The notes under the pieces are model-generated. The model searched no databases. It saw only the letters and a program-made list of their open reading frames with translations, and was not told the DNA's origin. From Candidatus Omnitrophota bacterium (lineage in GTDB: Bacteria; Omnitrophota; Gorgyraeia; Zapsychrales; Fredricksoniimonadaceae), in contig JACQCF010000014.1 of assembly GCA_016201795.1 (NCBI GenBank), forward strand, positions 49,648 to 113,647: a DNA stretch of 64,000 nt, written 5' to 3'. Made by a program: the position numbers and the translations under genes. Shown here piece after piece: positions 59,663 through 64,000 of the stretch (its first letter is position 1; the number at the start of each line of letters is the position of its first letter).

Positions 59663-61531
59663 ATGCTCATAACCCCTTTAAGGGTTCCTAACACTATGTT
59701 TAAAGTCATCAAAAGAGTTGTTTCATTGGTTGTTTCGACCACCTTTCTTACCTCATCTATAGGAGTGCCGACAAGCTACGCACAAGTTGCGGCTGGGACC
59801 ATGCCCTGGATGCCAAGCCCAGGCGTACGGGTATCTTTAAGCCCGGAATTTACCCCGGCGCATTTAAAAGGCATGGTGATTCATCCGGATAATGCTTTGC
59901 AGTTTGACTTTCTTATTCACCGTGGGGATGAACGTTTAACTCAAGATCAAAAACAGGACGAATACAAGAAACTCATCAAATATTTTCTGGCCTCTTTGGC
60001 GATTCCTGATGAAGACCAGTGGGTGAACCTTTCCCCTTATGAAAAGACCCGCATTATCAAGGATGATTTCGGCCAAACCGAAATGGGCCGCGACCTTTTG
60101 GCCCAGGACTATATTCTCAAACAAATCACGGCTTCTCTCATTTATCCTGAAAGCAACTTAGGCCAGAAATTCTGGGACAAAGTTTACGCCCAAGCCCAAC
60201 AGCAATACGGCACCACCAATATACCGGTCAATACCTTTAATAAGGTGTGGATTGTGCCGGATGAGGCGGTGGTTTATGAGCATGGCAATACGGTGTATGT
60301 GCTCAAGAATCATTTAAAGGTGATGCTGGAAGAGGATTATTTATCATTGTCTAAACACGCTGGGATTACCAGCGCTGAACCTGCGCAGGGTAAAGAGGTC
60401 AATAAATTAGGTAGTCAAGTGGTGCGCGAAATCGTGCTTCCCGCGCTTGAAAAGGAAGTCAATACGGCCAAGAATTTTTCTATGCTGCGTCAGGTTTATA
60501 GCGGCATGATTTTAGCAACGTGGTACAAACGTACTCTTAAAGAATCTTTGTTGGGTAAGATTTATGCGGATAAAAGCAAAGTCAAAGGCGTTGATCAAGA
60601 TCCCAGGAGTAATCAAGAGATTTATCAGCAGTATTTGAAGGCTTTTAAGAAAGGCGTGTTTAACTTTATTAAGGAAGATGTGGACAAATACAGCAATGAG
60701 ACTATCCCAAGGAAGTATTTTTCTGGCGGGTTTACCAGAGGCTTCCGTGGTGACGGCGCTATGATAGTCGTCAAGAGTCTTCAATCAGACCAAGCGATGA
60801 ATGTTAGGGAAGAGTTCGATAACAAAGAAGATCTAGCTAGGGTGAGTTTGACTGAGTCGCGGGCCAGAACCACTAGTAGTAGGAAGATCCCGGTCCCGTT
60901 TACATTTCAAGGGAAAGCCTTTAAACCAGCCATTCAGAGGAAAGTCCCGTTGACAACATTTAAAGAGAAAAGCTTTCCAGTGCCTCTAGTCACAAAAACC
61001 GCTACTAATCCACCCGCTGATGCCGCGATGACGGTGACTCATGTTGATGTATTGAAACTAGCAAAAGCTTCATTGCCTGAGCCTGGTCCCGGAGAACTCA
61101 ATTCATTGCAGGTTAGTCAACAGGCTAATCTGCGTAATTCTAAAGAAGGAAGCGATTTGAGTAATGCTGCTATAGATGTCTTAAGAAACAGGATAATGGT
61201 TATGCGTAAAACATTGGATGATCTTTTAAGAAATCCCGAAGAAGTTAGCCTATTGGTTCAGAAAACTTTCAATCTTTATCATACAGTTAGCCTTGCAGAT
61301 CAGGCGCAGATTAGTCTTAGAAGAACCCCCGGTGGTATCGACTTAAACGCCGCGAATTTGAATTTGCAGATTAAGCGTGATGGCAGGGGCGTACCTTTGC
61401 CGGTGTCCCGGCAGGATTTGGAACATATCAATATCGACGGGCTGATTCCGGTGATCATAGACATTAAGCCTGCCGCTGCTTTGCCAATCTTCTTTGAGAT
61501 GCAAAACTCCGCTCACCCAACCAGTGGATAA
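59663..61531 (+). CDS. Secreted protein with conserved-looking N- and C-terminal modules and a variable D-x-A-M-punctuated middle
   Basis: Signal-like N-terminus; LIKYFLASL..P..DQWVNLSPYE, MGRDLLAQDY and PRKYFSGG; DGAM, DQAM, DAAM, DQAQ; GGIDLN...LQIKRDG.GVPLP tail. Confidence 0.7.
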   Translation: MLITPLRVPNTMFKVIKRVVSLVVSTTFLTSSIGVPTSYAQVAAGTMPWMPSPGVRVSLSPEFTPAHLKGMVIHPDNALQFDFLIHRGDERLTQDQKQDEYKKLIKYFLASLAIPDEDQWVNLSPYEKTRIIKDDFGQTEMGRDLLAQDYILKQITASLIYPESNLGQKFWDKVYAQAQQQYGTTNIPVNTFNKVWIVPDEAVVYEHGNTVYVLKNHLKVMLEEDYLSLSKHAGITSAEPAQGKEVNKLGSQVVREIVLPALEKEVNTAKNFSMLRQVYSGMILATWYKRTLKESLLGKIYADKSKVKGVDQDPRSNQEIYQQYLKAFKKGVFNFIKEDVDKYSNETIPRKYFSGGFTRGFRGDGAMIVVKSLQSDQAMNVREEFDNKEDLARVSLTESRARTTSSRKIPVPFTFQGKAFKPAIQRKVPLTTFKEKSFPVPLVTKTATNPPADAAMTVTHVDVLKLAKASLPEPGPGELNSLQVSQQANLRNSKEGSDLSNAAIDVLRNRIMVMRKTLDDLLRNPEEVSLLVQKTFNLYHTVSLADQAQISLRRTPGGIDLNAANLNLQIKRDGRGVPLPVSRQDLEHINIDGLIPVIIDIKPAAALPIFFEMQNSAHPTSG

Positions 61532-61597
61532 GAATTTACACTGATTTAGCCAGCCTTTTTGGTGGTAATGCCCTCGAGACATGATATACTAGACGCT

Positions 61598-63037
61598 GTG
61601 AACAAATTTATTTGGTTCATTTTTCTTTCCCTTTGTCTTGCCTGTCCTTGCGTCCATGCGGCGTCCATCAAAGAGCCCAATGTGGCCGGGGCTTTTTACA
61701 GCGCCGACCCGCAGGAATTGTCCCATCAGATTGATTCTTTTATCCAGCAGGCTTCAATAAGTCCCGTTGCTGCCAGAGTGCAGGCCATGATTGTGCCCCA
61801 TGCCGGCTACATTTATTCCGGTCCTGTGGCCGCCTATGGCTACAAAGCCATTTCCAGAAATAAATACACCACCATTGTCATTCTGGCGCCCAGCCATTAT
61901 TTTCCTTTTGAGGGTATATCGGTCTGGCCAGAAGGAGGGTTTAAAACGCCTTTAGGCATCGTTAATGTCGACGAAGATTTTGCCCAGAAACTCATGAAAG
62001 CCGACAGCCGATTCCGATTTCTACCGCAAGTCTTTGAGCAGGAACACTCGGTGGAGGTAGAGCTGCCTTTTATTCAGAAAGTTTTTGGCAGCGTTAAGAT
62101 TGTGCCTGTTTTGATGGGTAACCCCGATGCAAAAGTTTGCCAGAAATTGGCCGCGGTTTTAAATGGGTTGATTGGTTCGCGCCAGGACGTGCTGGTGCTG
62201 GCCAGTTCTGATATGTCACATTATTTTGATTATGAAACAGCCAATCAGATGGATGCAGCCACCCTCGAGACCATCAACAATAAAGATGTACAAAGCTTTT
62301 GGAATGGCAATGTCAGCCGCAAAATGGAAATGTGTGGGTTTGTACCAGTAACTACTGTTCTTTTATATGCCAGAGAACGGGGCTTAAAAGTTCAGGTACT
62401 CAAGCACGCTAACTCAGGGGATACGGCAGGGGATAAGTCCAGAGTGGTGGGTTATTCATCGGTGATTTTTTACAAAGACCAGACGGAAGGGATGTTCAAT
62501 GCTCGGCAAAAGAAAGCATTGTTGGCTTTGGCTCGTAGCAGCATCGATAATTTTTTAAAAACCGGCAAGGTTCCTGAGGCTAAAACGAGCGACCCCAGGC
62601 TTTTGAAAACGCAGGGGGCTTTTGTGACGCTGACTAAACATGGACAATTGCGCGGCTGTATTGGTAATATCGTGGGGGATAAACCGCTCTGGCAGACCAT
62701 TCGCGCCATGTCCATCGCGGCGGCTTCCCAAGACCTACGATTTATTCCAGTAAGCAAAGATGAGCTTAAAGACATTGATATTGAAATTTCCGTTTTAACC
62801 GTGCCGCGGCGTGTGGCGGACGCTTCCGCGATTATGTTGGGCCGCGACGGGGTGATTGTCAGCGACGGGACTTATCATCAAGGGGTGTTTTTACCGCAGG
62901 TATCTGGCGAAACGCATTGGAGTAAGGAAGAGTTCTTAAATGAACTTTGCAGCCAAAAAGCCGGCTTGCCCCCTGATTGCTGGAAGGATCGTAAAAATAG
63001 TTTATGGACATTTCAGGCAGATGTCTTTACTCAATGA
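61598..63037 (+). CDS. AmmeMemoRadiSam protein B (MEMO1) and protein A (AMMECR1) fusion with signal peptide
   Basis: PNVAGAFY, PHAGYIYSG, EHSVEVELPF, SSDMSH, CG and VVGY; then GAFVTL..G.LRGCIG, IEISVL and FLPQV. Confidence 0.9.
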   Translation: MNKFIWFIFLSLCLACPCVHAASIKEPNVAGAFYSADPQELSHQIDSFIQQASISPVAARVQAMIVPHAGYIYSGPVAAYGYKAISRNKYTTIVILAPSHYFPFEGISVWPEGGFKTPLGIVNVDEDFAQKLMKADSRFRFLPQVFEQEHSVEVELPFIQKVFGSVKIVPVLMGNPDAKVCQKLAAVLNGLIGSRQDVLVLASSDMSHYFDYETANQMDAATLETINNKDVQSFWNGNVSRKMEMCGFVPVTTVLLYARERGLKVQVLKHANSGDTAGDKSRVVGYSSVIFYKDQTEGMFNARQKKALLALARSSIDNFLKTGKVPEAKTSDPRLLKTQGAFVTLTKHGQLRGCIGNIVGDKPLWQTIRAMSIAAASQDLRFIPVSKDELKDIDIEISVLTVPRRVADASAIMLGRDGVIVSDGTYHQGVFLPQVSGETHWSKEEFLNELCSQKAGLPPDCWKDRKNSLWTFQADVFTQ

Positions 63038-63480
63038 GAGTTAGGAACATTATTATTTCTATTTTTGTCGTCGGGTGGCTGGTAGTCTTTCATTATGAAT
63101 CCACTCGTCATTTTTATTGGGAACCGCTGTTGGGCCGTCCGCTGCCTAAGATGAAATTTCTTTTTCCACCGGCAGGGTGGATTATGTTTTTTAATGTGGA
63201 TGACAGCTACGGCTATACGGAAGTCTACGGCGTCAAAGACGGACACCCGCAAATGATTGACCCTCATCAGATTCTGCAGACGCGCGCCATTGGTTATGAT
63301 AATATCAACCGCAATGCTTTAGTTACCGTGCTTTCCAGGGATGTCTCAGGGCCTTTTTGTCTTTTTTTGCATCGTAAATTTCCGTATTTCGATAGTTTCC
63401 TGGTCACTTACGTCAATTATCCGTCGCTGACCAAAAGACCATTTGAGAGATTACAGGCCGTTGCCTATGAATGTAAGTAA
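63034..63480 (+). CDS. Hypothetical membrane-anchored protein (candidate HTTM partner)
   Basis: N-terminal TM; GWIMF motif; overlaps the HTTM gene. Confidence 0.6.
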   Translation: MRVRNIIISIFVVGWLVVFHYESTRHFYWEPLLGRPLPKMKFLFPPAGWIMFFNVDDSYGYTEVYGVKDGHPQMIDPHQILQTRAIGYDNINRNALVTVLSRDVSGPFCLFLHRKFPYFDSFLVTYVNYPSLTKRPFERLQAVAYECK

Positions 63481-64000
63481 AATTTGGAACATCTTATTTT
63501 TGGAAGAGCGCTCCTCCATCGGGCTGTCCTTCTTCCGTATTTTTGTGGCCCTGACCACGGGTCTGCACGTCATCCCGTCTTTTTTCCATCTCGACGACAA
63601 TTATCTATCCAGCGCTTTTAAGATACTCAACGGCAATTTTTTCACCCCCCAGGTGTTGGAGCTGGTGCAAAAAAGTCCGGACTGGCTGGTGGTTATTTTT
63701 GTGTGGGCTTTTGTGCTGACGTGGTTCTGTTTTTTGATCGGATTGTTCTCTCAGGTGAGCTGTATCTTGATGACACTCTGTTGCTATTATTTTTACGCGC
63801 TCAATGATTTTCATATCGGCACGCTGTCGTGGGACATTTTGCTGGTGACCTTGTTTTTGATGTGCCTGACGTCTTATCACGGGGATTATTTTTCCGTCGA
63901 CGCTTTGCGTCGAGGCGACTCACAGGCCTATCGGTGCCCCAGGCCATTTTTTATCCAGCGGCTGTTGCAGTTACAAATCGTTTCCACTTTTTTCTATACC
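63467..64000 (+). CDS. HTTM-domain membrane protein, 3' truncated (absent from the ORF track)
   Basis: Manual translation MNVSKIWNILFLEERSSIGLSFFRI...FLIGLF...FSVD...RLLQLQI...; open to the window end. Confidence 0.75.
   Translation, partial: MNVSKIWNILFLEERSSIGLSFFRIFVALTTGLHVIPSFFHLDDNYLSSAFKILNGNFFTPQVLELVQKSPDWLVVIFVWAFVLTWFCFLIGLFSQVSCILMTLCCYYFYALNDFHIGTLSWDILLVTLFLMCLTSYHGDYFSVDALRRGDSQAYRCPRPFFIQRLLQLQIVSTFFYT

Overview
Bacterial chromosomal window with almost all genes on the + strand. The gene style and the 59.7-61.5 kb protein family suggest Candidatus Omnitrophota; this is recognition only and was not searched. In order, it holds: (1) SPFH, a DUF559 nuclease inside GC-rich inverted arms, DUF1326/DUF2182, a MOT1 transporter, a Zn-peptidase/ATP-grasp pair, an exonuclease, SPOR, CheY/CheX-like/CheY, pckA and purU; (2) a ~21 kb metal-homeostasis region (Cys-rich leader, cusBA, YHS, an apparently inserted czcCBA-like cassette, copA, NRAMP, an RHH-Cys regulator with a perfect operator, a Zn/Mn ABC system, ZIP); (3) porin-pstSCABB-phoU with a Pho-box-like repeat; (4) an orphan NuoF-like gene and a large porin; (5) a ParA-CBM48 fusion near ppx-ppk1-ROK-glgB-wHTH-GH57-malQ; (6) DsbA/DoxX, a secreted protein with a variable D-x-A-M-punctuated middle, an AmmeMemo B-A fusion and a partial HTTM gene. 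The best leads are the ParA-glycogen-binding fusion (candidate storage-granule positioning system), the DUF559 element with two empty derivatives, micro-palindromes with target-site duplications that rewrite genes, a non-Fur RHH metal regulator, and a PstB pair with complementary degenerate motifs. No rRNA, tRNA or CRISPR array was recognised.
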